A stretch of DNA of 36,199 nt. Origin: Octopus bimaculoides. Taxonomy: Eukaryota. Positions 1 through 11,369 of this stretch are shown here, piece after piece (the stretch's first letter is position 1; each line of letters opens with the position of its first letter). Below the pieces are notes generated by a model. The model was not told where the DNA came from, did not search any database, and saw only the letters and a list, made by a program, of their open reading frames with translations. The position numbers were made by a program, and so were the translations under genes. The stretch covers positions 29,923,195-29,959,393 of the forward strand of contig NC_068991.1 of NCBI RefSeq assembly GCF_001194135.2, given 5' to 3'.

Positions 1-620
1 TGAAAATGCAATTTTAAAGATGTTTATTCACTTGATCGGTTTCACTTTTTTAGGAAAAGATTGTCAAAAGTAAAATGTAAAGCTTTTTATAAGCTTTGTT
101 GTGTTGGGTACTGGTTGTCACAAAAGTATTAAAATACATATACACATTCTTTGGTAATAATAAGAAAATGTGAAAAACAGTTTAAAAGAGAGTATTCAAC
201 AGAAGGTATTAGGAGTTCAATAAAAAATTATGTTGGTTTCTTTGGTAGTATATATATATATATATATACATAGGAGATATATTTAAGAATTTACAAAAAA
301 TTGGAGAGGAATCGACCTGTCTTTTTAACATATTTTCTCTCTTGTGTGTAGCTAGGGAATGTTTAATGGACAATGTGGGAGGCTGGTTAGGGTGGAGGGT
401 AGGAAGAGCAATGTAGAATTAAAAGGATTTCTTTTTTGTATCTGGGCTAGTCTGTCATGATTCAGTGGTTTTGGGGACTGGTCTTAGAGGTCAGAATGGT
501 GTGAGTGTGTGTGTCTCTGTGCACGTCTCTATCTGTGTGTGTATATACATGTGTTTGTGTTTGTGTATGTGGGCCTTTTTTGATGGTCCCAGAATTTATT
601 GTGGTGTGTATGAGTCTGTG

Positions 621-656
<36 letters not shown>

Positions 657-960
657 CCCATTTAGTTTGGGTAAAAATGTATTTTATAAAATGTAGTTTC
701 ATTGCATTCCTGTATTTTTGATCATCTATTAGAAATTTGTGGAAGGGAAAGATCTTAAATCTGCTGTTGCCACATACATCCAAGTGCGTGCTCAGCGGGA
801 TCACATGTAATTCTTTTTGTATGATGCGTTGCCTATGAATTCATGCACGCTCGCAAAAGGAGTTGTTCGTTTCGCCAATATAATTCTTTACAATTAGAGT
901 AGATTATGCAATATTCTCTGTCTTGCAGTTACATTAGATATGACCTTAAATTTGACCGCA
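1..960 (-). mobile_element. Penelope-like retroelement, 3' remnant (GIY-YIG endonuclease C-terminus plus probable 3' UTR)
   Basis: The - strand of about 960-665 translates with breaks as CNCKTENI...KNYIGETNNSFCERA*IHRQRIIQKELHVIPLSTHLDVCGNSRFKIFPFHKF. This is the YIGET motif and C-terminus of the PLE GIY-YIG domain and parallels ORF 15182..15388. Assignment of 1-660 as 3' UTR is inferred. Confidence 0.75.
29..71 (-). ncRNA. Degenerate minimal type I hammerhead-like motif
   Basis: - strand reads ACTT-TTGACAA-TCTTTTCCTAAAAAAGT-GAAAC-CG-ATC-AAGTG. Stem I is ACTT/AAGT, GAAAC is present, and the core differs from CUGANGA at two positions. Lies at the 3' end of a PLE remnant. Confidence 0.3.
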
Positions 961-1137
961 GTTAATTACAATCCTTATACAAGACCAAATGAACACTAGC
1001 ATGGACATATGTAAGATGTATCAGACCAATATACTTCACTGGTACTCTTGTATGGGCACCGGAAGGATGAGATCAAACTTGGCTCAATTTCTAATTATTA
1101 GGGCATGGCAAATCAGATGTTCTTCCAATCCTGCAAT

Positions 1138-1173
1138 GTAGTAAGTAGTAGAATTAGTAGTAGTAGTAGTAGC

Positions 1174-1222
<49 letters not shown>

Positions 1223-1262
1223 ATGGTGATGGTGGTGGTGGTGGTGGTGGTAGTAGTAGTGA
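1138..1262. repeat. (TAG)n / (GGT)n microsatellite
   Basis: Direct reading; explains the poly-Ser/Gly ORF 1105..1308. Confidence 0.95.
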
Positions 1263-1874
1263 GGAAGGAAGGGGGAAAGAGTGTGCGGTCGAAGGGGGAA
1301 AGCTATAATTTCTTACATCAACACAATGCTATAAGTTTATAAGAGGACTTATATGATAATTTGATATAAATTATGCACTTTAAATATTTATAAAGCTGTT
1401 CAATATACACTATCGAAGCGGATATATGCTTTGGACTGCTTTAGCAATCACTCATTTCCAACAACACATCTGTCCATCTGTCTACCTGCTTCTCTCCCTA
1501 CCCCCTCTCTCACCCATCTATTTCTCTCCCTTCCATCATCTGCCATTGTATGATGTCATTATTCAAAGTTTACCACTTCTTATTATCGGATTTAGCTGAT
1601 AAGGTTTATGTTTAGAAGAATTCTAGATATGGCCACCCAGTCTAAGGACCGCATTGTCTTGTATGTCCTACTTTCGAATTCAATTTCATTTCAGTTCATT
1701 CTCATATGTAGATGTGAATGACCAAAGTTAGCATTAAATACAAAAAATGATGAAAATTATATTGGTTTTTAATTTTTTTTTTTCAATTCAGGAGAGAAAT
1801 CGATGTAACTCTAAACTGAAAACAATTTTGTGATTAACTTCAATGATCCTTCATTAATCAACAAGGGAGCCACT

Positions 1875-2053
1875 GAATTGTTGCTCAAACTGCTAGATAT
1901 GGCAACGAAATCAAACTCAAATTATGACATACAACCTAAACAACCGCGAAGTAGTTCAGGATATCCTTTGAAATACTGACTGTTACGGGTGAACTGTCCT
2001 TGATTATAGGTTTACACGATCAGGTTTAACCTGGCGTTAAACAACATCAACAA
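1875..2053 (+). mobile_element. Interspersed SINE-like repeat ending in (CAA)n; related copies at about 2230-2405 (-), 4090-4170, 29630-29772 and 30805-30962
   Basis: Diverged copies variously share CTAGA(T/A)AT...AAATCACACCCT-like cores and ...GATCAGG...ACCTG...TAAACAACAAC tails. Confidence 0.5.
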
Positions 2054-2539
2054 CGCCCTCTCTGAAACATAATACTTACACCAGCAGGCGCTATACTAGC
2101 GTATAGAATGTCATTAATTCAATATTTATCTAGTCTGTTTCTGAAACAGATAGTTGTGATTTTGAAAGATGCTAAGAAAAATTGATAAATTAATATATTA
2201 TCAGGTTCTTGTAGTTGTTTAATCAAGTCGTTATTGTTGCTGCTGTTGTTTCGACCTAAACCAGCCTTGATCCAAGAGATCTATGATAAAAGGTGTACCA
2301 GCTGTGACTGACTTGTATTTGTTATCCAAACACAATATCTCATAAATAATCTACCTTTCTTAGACAGTTGACAGTGATTTCAGAAAGATTGATGTTTCTT
2401 GCAATTCAAGTGAGTATGTAGATGCTCCTTCGTTATATTTATATATACTAGGGTACTACATAAGAGTACAACATATGTTGTACCCCAGTATATATAAATA
2501 TATTTATATATATTATATATAGTTATTAATTTGCCTGTA

Positions 2540-3055
2540 CAGCTTTATGCACGCGGCCACTAAACTTTTTACCACACATCCCAAATGTCGAATTTTCCAT
2601 GAGGTTCATATAGATTGTACAATTAGAACGGTTACATGTTTGGACTGGTGGTATTGTATTTTTTGGTGTATCATTTGGCAGTAAGCTTTCTTGAGACTAG
2701 GTTGCCTTTAATTTTAATTCTTTTGTTTTGGGTGCCCTTTTCTTTTGTAGGTCATTCATCAAAACAGGTATATCCTGATGGATGACAGATGATGTTTCCG
2801 AGTTGCTTGGATTGTGTGTCAATACACAAGGTAAAGTATTGAGTGTATCAGGGTGTTTTCATGTTTCTTGTAATTCTTGAATGTCTACACTTATTGCACG
2901 CTTCACATCGTTAATTATTAAGTGACTGCGTATTGTCTTTCGAGTAATGTATTTTAAAGTTCTTGGAGTTGTTTTCTCTGGTTTCAGGATTTGATACAAT
3001 TGTGCAGATTCTTCTTGCCAGATAAGAAGGTATGCTGTTATTGTTGTTTAACCAC
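2540..3055 (-). mobile_element. Penelope-like remnant (RT thumb, linker and Cys-rich region)
   Basis: - strand translates NSIPSYLARRICTIVSNPETREN, LPCVLTHNP, RQPSLKK and PVQTCNRSNCTIYMNLMENSTFGMCGKKF. These match the corresponding blocks of the element at 13.7-15.4 kb (FHMARRMCSII, VVTHN, RQPPNLKRLLT, TNCGDLRCGTC). Confidence 0.8.
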
Positions 3056-3201
3056 AGGTTAGTCAGCTGTGACCGTTCAATCTTCTAAGATTAAAACCAT
3101 CAGGAACACATTATTCAGTATGTCATTCACTTCTAAGAATGTAATTTGATTTGAAATATAATTAACTAATACACATTTAATAGTGTCTAGTTGTCTTTTG
3201 C

Positions 3202-3233
<32 letters not shown>

Positions 3234-4279
3234 TGTATGCGTGGTATGTGTGTATGTGTGTGTGTACATATATACAGTTATTCAAACTCCTTGCCTTGTG
3301 AATGAAGCTGCATCTCTGCACCTTCGTTGGAATCCTCAGCAACAGTTTATTCAGTATTTAAAAATGTTCTTATTTTTATTTTAGTAATAGTTGTGCAGAG
3401 CTATTCTTTTCCTCAGTTTGTTTCTAACTTTTACTTTTTAGAATATTTTCTATTGTTACTGCTATATTTATAGTTTTTCAATTTTTTGATTCGTCGTTTG
3501 AGTTAATTTGTTTCTTCTCTATTAATAAATCCCATTATTGTATCCTGTTTCACTAATTTGTAATTGTCCTGTGTGTGTTTGTCTGGTGTTGTCATCCAGT
3601 TTCATATTCTTTGTCGCTAGTATTACCAAATTAAATTCATGTTTTTTTTTCATATTGACCCAAAGTTAAATATCAAATGAGCCCAAAATAACTTATCACC
3701 GACAAACTGCATACCATATACAAAGGACTAATGAATCCCATAAGGCATTTATGATCCGACCCCATGAATGGGACGACTGCTAATCATTCAGATATCCTAC
3801 ACTACATCCAAAATTCGTTACCTATTTGGTTGACACAGTGTCATTCACCAAAACACTGCAACCTCTGCCTTCCAGTGTTTCTTCACACTACCTTTTCTAC
3901 CTCCACTATGGTGGTCTTGACTACTCAAGATTTGGGGATGTAAAACATGATTTGTACAATTCAAGATCCATGAATTTAATTCCAGTCAAAAGTGAAATAT
4001 TGCAACTTTTAAGAAGATAGCTAACATCTCATAGAAAAAAGGCGGGACCCATTGGATGATATAGTTCTGTTTATATTATAATTAAAAAAAGAAAGGATGG
4101 TCTCGGCAGGTTTGTCTTTGATCACAAATCTTGTTAAAAGCCGACCTGACTTTAAAAAACAACAACAATAACACCATATCTTAACAATTTCTGTTAAAAT
4201 ACGTTACTTTTGTTTCAATTAATTTTGAAAATAATGAAGAATTTCTTAAAATAACTGTCAATATTGAACTAAGGTATAA

Positions 4280-4512
4280 GGGGGTCAAGCTGGCAGAATT
4301 ATACTAAGGTATAAGGGGTCAAGCTGGCAAAGATGTTAAGCGGCATTTCGTCCGTCATTACGTTCTGAGTTCAAATTCTGCTAAAGTCGACTTTGCTTTT
4401 CATTCTTTTGGGGTCAATAAAATAAGTATCAGTTGAACACTGGGGTCAAGGTAATCGACTTAATCCCGCCACCGAAATTGCTGACCTTCTGCTAAATTTT
4501 GAAACGAACATT
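4280..4512 (+). mobile_element. tRNA-derived SINE (family A)
   Basis: AGCTGGCA head, GAGTTCAAATTC B-box-like motif, GTCGACTTTGC...AATAAGTA.CAGTTGAACACTGGGGTC body. Confidence 0.8.
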
Positions 4513-4524
4513 GAGCTAAATTTT

Positions 4525-4740
4525 AAGGCGGCGAGCTGGTACAATCGTTAGCACACCGGACAAAATAATTAGCGGCATTTCGTCCATCTTTACATCCTGA
4601 GTTCAAAATTCGCTGTGGTCGTCTTTACCTTTCATCCTTTCGGAGTCTATAAAATAGGTAGCAGTTGAACGCTGGGATCGATTTAATCGACTTATCTCTG
4701 CCCCCGAAATTGCTGGCCTTGTGCCAAATTTGAAATAAAT
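4525..4740 (+). mobile_element. tRNA-derived SINE (family A), near full length, tandem to the previous copy
   Basis: AAGGCGGCGAGCTGGTACAATCGTTAGC head, GAGTTCAAA box, tail GCTGGCCTTGTGCCAAATTTGAAA. Confidence 0.85.
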
Positions 4741-4889
4741 ACTAAATTGAGATTTAGAACAAATTAACATGAAATTTTGATGGAAGATCTTAATTTAGAT
4801 CTCTTTAACGATTTATGACTATATTGTTGGCAATGTAATTAAAATAAGGCACTCCAAGACATATTACAATACTAATTAAGGTGCATTAC

Positions 4890-5030
4890 CATATGAAAGA
4901 CTGTATACGGGTGAATTTCTTGTACACCATTTCTGTAGGTTGAATTCAAACCTGTGGCAAGCGTTTCATTCATGCATTGCCATTGTACGTGTTTCAATAG
5001 AATATGTGGGATCATGTAACCGGCCATCAC
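4890..5030 (-). CDS. Candidate internal coding exon (141 nt, phase 0-0), unknown protein
   Basis: Acceptor ...GCAATAACATTCCCAG|G and donor ATG|GTAATG. Only phase 0 is open: VMAGYMIPHILLKHVQWQCMNETLATGLNSTYRNGVQEIHPYTVFHM. Not part of any repeat I recognise. Confidence 0.45.
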
Positions 5031-6102
5031 CTGGGAATGTTATTGCAATAAACTAGGGTTTAATCTAAATATTCATTTCTTATCCGTTTCTATGACTGAA
5101 ACAGGATCCAAGCGTCGATTAACGGAGAACTTTTAGAACTTCAGCGACATCTGATTACTTTTTTTACAAAATTCCAGACAAGCAAAAAGCCACGATAAAC
5201 TATTAACCCTTCGTTATCAAACTGTTGTATTTATCCATATCGCTTCCACGGTTAAGTTTGTTTTATATTTGGTGCAGTACCGGGATGCAAGATTACTGCG
5301 TGAAGTTAAATAATTCTTAGTTGTGATAAACAATTAGCATTAAATGTCACTGCGACCATAATGAAAATATTTTAAATTGCAAAATTGTTTTTTATTCACT
5401 AATACTCTAAATATATTACTAAAGAATCCGAAGTCACATGTGACCATTTTTACGTTGAAAGCAATTTTTTTTTCTGCATTTCAAAACATTATGGAGGAGA
5501 CAGAAGAGAGAAGAAACAGTGTTTCAAATGCTTAAGTAACCCAGAGACAGTGTCTTCACAGAAATAGCAAGATCACTAAAATAGTTTTCATTAAAATACT
5601 TAATCTTTTGTTTCCTTTGTTCTGATAGGAAAAACTGTCGAGTCGAGCCTAATTTTGTCTTTATACCTTAAATTGCGAGAAAGAGTTGTATAAATGTGTG
5701 CCAAATGGTCAAAAATGCAAAAATATCTTTTCACTAAGGATAACTTCTATACTTATTCTCCCTTTAAATAAGTACAAAAAATACAATTACTGAGCGTCTC
5801 TTGCACAATAAAATTTACAATCTCGTTACTGGAAAGTGCCATAAAATATTCGCTTGCCTTTGATGAAGGCTGTATCCATGAAAAATTTTTGAAACACCGT
5901 TTGATGATGTCCACCGCATAAAGATTTATCTCTCTGCATTCGATAAAATAATTACCAGTAATATACCGCGGTCAGTTTGACAGATCGCTTATAATACTTC
6001 CCCATTAAGGTTAGAAAGTACGTCTGTTCCATAGATATTTTAGAGAGTTATTCTGGAAAACGTGTTTGTAATCAAAGTGTTTTAATAATACAAGCAATCT
6101 AA

Positions 6103-6240
6103 AAGATGGCGAGCTGGCAGAATCGTTAATACCCGGGGCAAAATGCTTTTCGGCATTCCTTACATTCTGAATTCAAATTCCTCCAAGGTCGACTTTGCCT
6201 TTCATTGCTGGCCCTGTGCCAAAAATTTGAAAATAATATT
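6103..6240 (+). mobile_element. tRNA-derived SINE (family A), internally deleted
   Basis: GATGGCGAGCTGGCAGAATCGTTA head joined directly to a GCTGGCCCTGTGCCAAAAATTTGAAA tail. Confidence 0.8.
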
Positions 6241-6454
6241 ACAAACGACGTCAATGATGAAGATAACAGCTGGAAGAGTTTAGTAATGATCCACTAACTT
6301 CATGAAATGTCAAATGGAAGAACGCTTCAACTTAGAATGGGAAGAACAGTGAGGAAATATAGGAATATGGTATTAGGTGAACATACTAATATAGAGACGT
6401 TAAATCATAACTGATGTCTTGGCTGTGTTTAAATGCTATACTGTACTGAAAAAG

Positions 6455-6600
6455 ACGCGTAGTCCCGTGATGAGGATACTGGTCTCATAGTCATAAGGTC
6501 GTAAGTTCGACACCTGTGCATTGTATTGTGCCCTTGAGCAAATCCATTTATTTCATGCGGCCCCAGTTTACTTAAGTGTTAAATGTGTACCAGCTTGGTT
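6455..6600 (+). mobile_element. tRNA-derived SINE (family C), 5' part
   Basis: AAGGTCGTAAGTTCGA B box followed by GTGCCCTTGAGCAA...TTTATTTCATG...CCAGT; similar to 31822-32050. Confidence 0.55.
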
Positions 6601-6789
6601 CTTCTCTCCTACTACTGACTGTCACATCCTAATTGCTCATGTCTGTTAAGTGGGAGAGGGTTTCAATACCTGCTCGCAACTATATAGGTACCTAAAATAA
6701 CAAAAGAATGTACATGCATGGCACAAGTCCTAATAGGTTGCAAATGACAGCCACCGTACGATAGAATTATCTAGAGATGCTTCAGCCAA

Positions 6790-7090
6790 AATCCTACGTT
6801 CATGCCACTTCTGCATCCCTTAAATTCGAACTTCACTAAACTCCTAATGGATACTTTTGCCAAAACAGTTACGCCTGCATTTATACTGTTACTGTGCTTG
6901 CTTACTGCACTCACTCAGAAGATAATTAATACGTTCGTTCTCTTTTTCACACATTATTTCCCACCCCTGCGGTCTGACAATTTTATTAATCTTTGTCTTT
7001 ATAAACTTCGTCCGAGTAACTTGTCTCTCACAACCAGTGTTCTCCAATTCCAGTATTCTTCGATTGTTTCATTAATTAATTGATCATTAA
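6790..7090 (-). mobile_element. Non-LTR retrotransposon fragment, R4/Dong-like C-terminal Zn-finger region
   Basis: - strand reads QVTRTKFIKTKINK...MCEKENERINYLLSECSKQAQ*QYKCRRN...KSIH*E...KWHE. This resembles the RTNxIKAKID...ETxxHxxSECSKLAQxEYKxRHD...IHWxL...KWYEH pattern of REL-type LINEs. Clade call is tentative. Confidence 0.6.
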
Positions 7091-7384
7091 ACATTTTAGA
7101 GCTGATCAGAAATTTTCTTTCGACTACTTGTCCTCCCATTCTTCTTTCTATTGTTAAAATCTCTGTTTTTCAATGATTTTTTTTCCTCTTCGAAACAGAT
7201 AGTATATAGATAATATAACTTCATTATGCATAATGTAGTTTTTCAAGCGCAAACACAACACTGATAGCATCTTCTACATTTAACAGACCCGAGCCATCTT
7301 TCACGTTTAGTAAATAGAACTTGTCGACATTAATTTTATGGAGGTGCGAATTAACAGCTCCTAATTGTTCTCAATAGAGCGTAC

Positions 7385-7776
7385 TTTTCTTCTTCTTCTT
7401 CTTCTTCTTCTTCTTCTCCCCTTCTCTTTCTTCTTCTTCTCTTTCTTCTTCTTCTCTTTCTTCTTCTTTTCTTTCTTCTTCTTCTTCTTCTTCTTCTTCT
7501 TCTCTTTCTTCTTCTTCTTCTCTTTCTTCTTCTTCTTCTCTTTCTTCTTCTTCTNNNNNNNNNNNNNNNNNNNNNNNNNNNNNNNNNNNNNNNNNNNNNN
7601 NNNNNNNNNNNNNNNNNNNNNNNNNNNNNNNNNNNNNNNNNNNNNNNNNNNNNNNNNNNCTCCTTCTTCTTCTTCTCTTTCTTCTTCTCTTTCTTCTTCT
7701 TCTCTTTCTCCTTCTCCTTCTTCTTCTTCTTCTTCTTCTTCTTCTTCTTCTTCTTCCTCCTCCTCCTCCTCCTCCT
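7385..7776. repeat. (TTC)n/(TCC)n polypyrimidine tract containing an N gap
   Basis: Direct reading; explains the poly-K/E/R ORFs. Confidence 0.95.
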
Positions 7777-8227
7777 GTCGTGGTCCATACAACTACTAAC
7801 AACATTACTGCAACAAAAATATGAAGAATCAGGAGAGCACGTCTCAAATAACATGGAATTTGTATTTTCCTGTTATTCTAAATATAATAATCACAAGCTG
7901 ACGTTATGGGAATCATATTGTACACAACAGATTTCTGTTCTCTACAAAATAATTGTTCGCAATCATCCATCATTTCTTCACGATGCTAGTAACACTCGAA
8001 ACCACAAACACGTCCGTGTGGTCTTGCTTTTGCTTAGGGACCAAAAGATTACTCTATTCATAGACACACACACGTGTCTGTATGCATACATGCTTAAACA
8101 CACATGCATGTATACATACGTACATACACACACATGCATGTATACATGCGTACATACACACACACATGTATATTTACATATATTTACACACATATGTATA
8201 CATATGTATACACACACACACACACAT

Positions 8228-8263
<36 letters not shown>

Positions 8264-8507
8264 GTGAATTTTATATATCGCGTGACATAAGATCCTAACA
8301 ATTGGCGTAAAAACACAAGCGCCATTTCTTTTTTTCACTACAGCAAATAAAGCAATTATTCAAAAATACTGAAAAAAAGATAAAAGAACACACAAAAAGA
8401 AATATAAAGGAGAAAAAATTGTTGCAAGTAAATATGGTTGCTGAGAAAAATATACGCAAAAATCAAGGTTGGCTTTCAAAATTCTTCAAGGGAAATAACA
8501 CAAATAA

Positions 8508-8550
<43 letters not shown>

Positions 8551-8555
8551 CATAA

Positions 8556-8641
<86 letters not shown>

Positions 8642-9463
8642 CTATATATGTATGTATGTAGATAGATAGATAGATAGATAAACAGATACANNNNNNNNNN
8701 NNNNNNNNNNNNNNNNNNNNNNNNNNNNNNNNNNNNNNNNNNNNNNNNNNNNNNNNNNNNNNNNNNNNNNNNNNNNNNNNNNNNNNNNNNNNNNNNNNNN
8801 NNNNNNNNNNNNNNNNNNNNNNNNNNNNNNNNNNNNNNNNNNNNNNNNNNNNNNNNNNNNNNNNNNNNNNNNNNNNNNNNNNNNNNNNNNNNNNNNNNNN
8901 NNNNNNNNNNNNNNNNNNNNNNNNNNNNNNNNNNNNNNNNNNNNNNNNNNNNNNNNNNNNNNNNNNNNNNNNNNNNNNNNNNNNNNNNNNNNNNNNNNNN
9001 NNNNNNNNNNNNNNNNNNNNNNNNNNNNNNNNNNNNNNNNNNNNNNNNNNNNNNNNNNNNNNNNNNNNNNNNNNNNNNNNNNNNNNNNNNNNNNNNNNNN
9101 NNNNNNNNNNNNNNNNNNNNNNNNNNNNNNNNNNNNNNNNNNNNNNNNNNNNNNNNNNNNNNNNNNNNNNNNNNNNNNNNNNNNNNNNNNNNNNNNNNNN
9201 NNNNNNNNNNNNNNNNNNNNNNNNNNNNNNNNNNNNNNNNNNNNNNNNNNNNNNNNNNNNNNNNNNNNNNNNNNNNNNNNNNNNNNNNNNNNNNNNNNNN
9301 NNNNNNNNNNNNNNNNNNNNNNNNNNNNNNNNNNNNNNNNNNNNNNNNNNNNNNNNNNNNNNNNNNNNNNNNNNNNNNNNNNNNNNNNNNNNNNNNNNNN
9401 NNNNNNNNNNNNNNNNNNNNNNNNNNNNNNNNNNNNNNNNNNNNNNNNNNNNNNNNNNNNNNN

Positions 9464-9497
<34 letters not shown>

Positions 9498-9688
9498 GTA
9501 TATGAACGTTTAGATCTATACATCAATACATATAGATCTACATATTTATGTGGATCTATATATATAATATACATCTTTATAAATCTATATAACTATCTAT
9601 CTGTCTGCTTATGGATTGCAATATAGCCATCTTGTAAACTATACACATACGCCTGCGCCTGCACATACAAATTTATGAGCGCGCGCAA

Positions 9689-9719
<31 letters not shown>

Positions 9720-9989
9720 CACACACACACATGCACACATGCGCACTCACGCACACACAAACACACACACACACACATTTATATATGTATATTTGAATCC
9801 ACAAAATCCATAGAATCCACAGTAAAGTTTCACGTGTCGTCTGTGGATACGTATACGGAATGTCTGCAAAATGTACGGATAATGTATGAAAACATCTTAC
9901 GAATGGAAAATGAGACTGCATGTGTGTAATTCCAGTGGCATATCTAATTACTGATAAATTTAGTAGTTAATGTCTTCAGGTATTGCAGC

Positions 9990-10025
<36 letters not shown>

Positions 10026-10114
10026 GAGAATATACGAAAAAACAACAACAGACGAGGACAGGTGGTGTAAATAACAAAAGGATGTATTAGTATGACGCTC
10101 GGGAATACGGAAAG

Positions 10115-10151
10115 TCTTTGACGTTTCGAGCTACGCTCTTCAACAGAAAGA
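10115..10151 (-). ncRNA. Minimal type I hammerhead ribozyme-like motif (non-canonical core)
   Basis: TCTTT-CTGTTGA-A-GAGC-GTA-GCTC-GAAAC-GTC-AAAGA: stem I TCTTT/AAAGA, perfect stem II, GUC site, palindromic ACGU stem III. Position 6 of the core is U rather than A. Confidence 0.65.
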
Positions 10152-11215
10152 ATACGGAGACATATATATATATATATANNNNNNNNNNNNNNNNNNNNNN
10201 NNNNNNNNNNNNNNNNNNNNNNNNNNNNNNNNNNNNNNNNNNNNNNNNNNNNNNNNNNNNNNNNNNNNNNNNNNNNNNNNNNNNNNNNNNNNNNNNNNNN
10301 NNNNNNNNNNNNNNNNNNNNNNNNNNNNNNNNNNNNNNNNNNNNNNNNNNNNNNNNNNNNNNNNNNNNNNNNNNNNNNNNNNNNNNNNNNNNNNNNNNNN
10401 NNNNNNNNNNNNNNNNNNNNNNNNNNNNNNNNNNNNNNNNNNNNNNNNNNNNNNNNNNNNNNNNNNNNNNNNNNNNNNNNNNNNNNNNNNNNNNNNNNNN
10501 NNNNNNNNNNNNNNNNNNNNNNNNNNNNNNNNNNNNNNNNNNNNNNNNNNNNNNNNNNNNNNNNNNNNNNNNNNNNNNNNNNNNNNNNNNNNNNNNNNNN
10601 NNNNNNNNNNNNNNNNNNNNNNNNNNNNNNNNNNNNNNNNNNNNNNNNNNNNNNNNNNNNNNNNNNNNNNNNNNNNNNNNNNNNNNNNNNNNNNNNNNNN
10701 NNNNNNNNNNNNNNNNNNNNNNNNNNNNNNNNNNNNNNNNNNNNNNNNNNNNNNNNNNNNNNNNNNNNNNNNNNNNNNNNNNNNNNNNNNNNNNNNNNNN
10801 NNNNNNNNNNNNNNNNNNNNNNNNNNNNNNNNNNNNNNNNNNNNNNNNNNNNNNNNNNNNNNNNNNNNNNNNNNNNNNNNNNNNNNNNNNNNNNNNNNNN
10901 NNNNNNNNNNNNNNNNNNNNNNNNNNNNNNNNNNNNNNNNNNNNNNNNNNNNNNNNNNNNTCTACACATAGCAGTGATGCAGCACTTAGACAAATTACTG
11001 AAGCTACACACATAATAGAAGAGAAACCTAGCCTGAATAGGAAACTAGAATGGAACACTAACACACACCACTAACAAACCACAAACCACAGTTATCTCCC
11101 CTTTTACTTAGCTCTCCTGTGTGAACTTTCTGTCCGGCAGTCGCCATGATAGATCACTGACCACGACATTTAAATTATATTTCTCCTTGTTTTTCTCCTT
11201 GTTTTTCTCCTTATT

Positions 11216-11252
11216 TCTTTCTGTGGAAGAACGTAGCTCGAAACGTTAAAGA
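11216..11252 (+). ncRNA. Minimal type I hammerhead ribozyme-like motif (second copy)
   Basis: TCTTT-CTGTGGA-A-GAAC-GTA-GCTC-GAAAC-GTT-AAAGA; one stem II mismatch; lies in the PLE 3' UTR. Confidence 0.55.
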
Positions 11253-11369
11253 CTTTCTCTATTCCCGAGCGTTAAACTAATACATCCTTTTGTTGTTTAC
11301 ACCACCTGTCCTCGTCTGTTGTTGTTTTTTCGTAAATTCTCCCATATATATATATATTTATACACACAT

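Larger units (their letters stand above)
10023..11344 (+). mobile_element. Penelope-like element end with inverted 129-bp terminal repeats around an N gap
   Basis: 10961..11074 encodes STHSSDAALRQITEATHIIEEKPSLNRKLEWN..., a PLE endonuclease C-terminus pattern. 10023-10151 is the reverse complement of 11216-11344 with 9 mismatches in 129 nt (manual count). Both outer ends abut (TA)n. Confidence 0.7.

Noticed and set aside
3728-3780. Hammerhead-like CTAATGA-ATCCCAT...ATGGGAC-GACTGC
   Set aside because: Stem II is plausible, but both core segments are broken (no CUGA, no GAAA) and stems I and III were not found.
5790-6100. Protein-like - strand reading (LYAVDIIKRCFKNFSWIQP...)
   Set aside because: Interrupted by a stop, with no recognisable motif or convincing splice sites.
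7351-7854. Long poly-K/E/R/S ORFs
   Set aside because: Translations of (TTC)n/(TCC)n plus an N gap.
9980-9991. 12-nt micro-exon candidate GTATTGCAGCAG
   Set aside because: The donor is the start of a (TA)n tract and there is no linkable neighbouring exon.
8642-11074. ORFs of 300+ aa
   Set aside because: They are open only because they span N gaps; only 10961-11074 has a recognisable (PLE) peptide.
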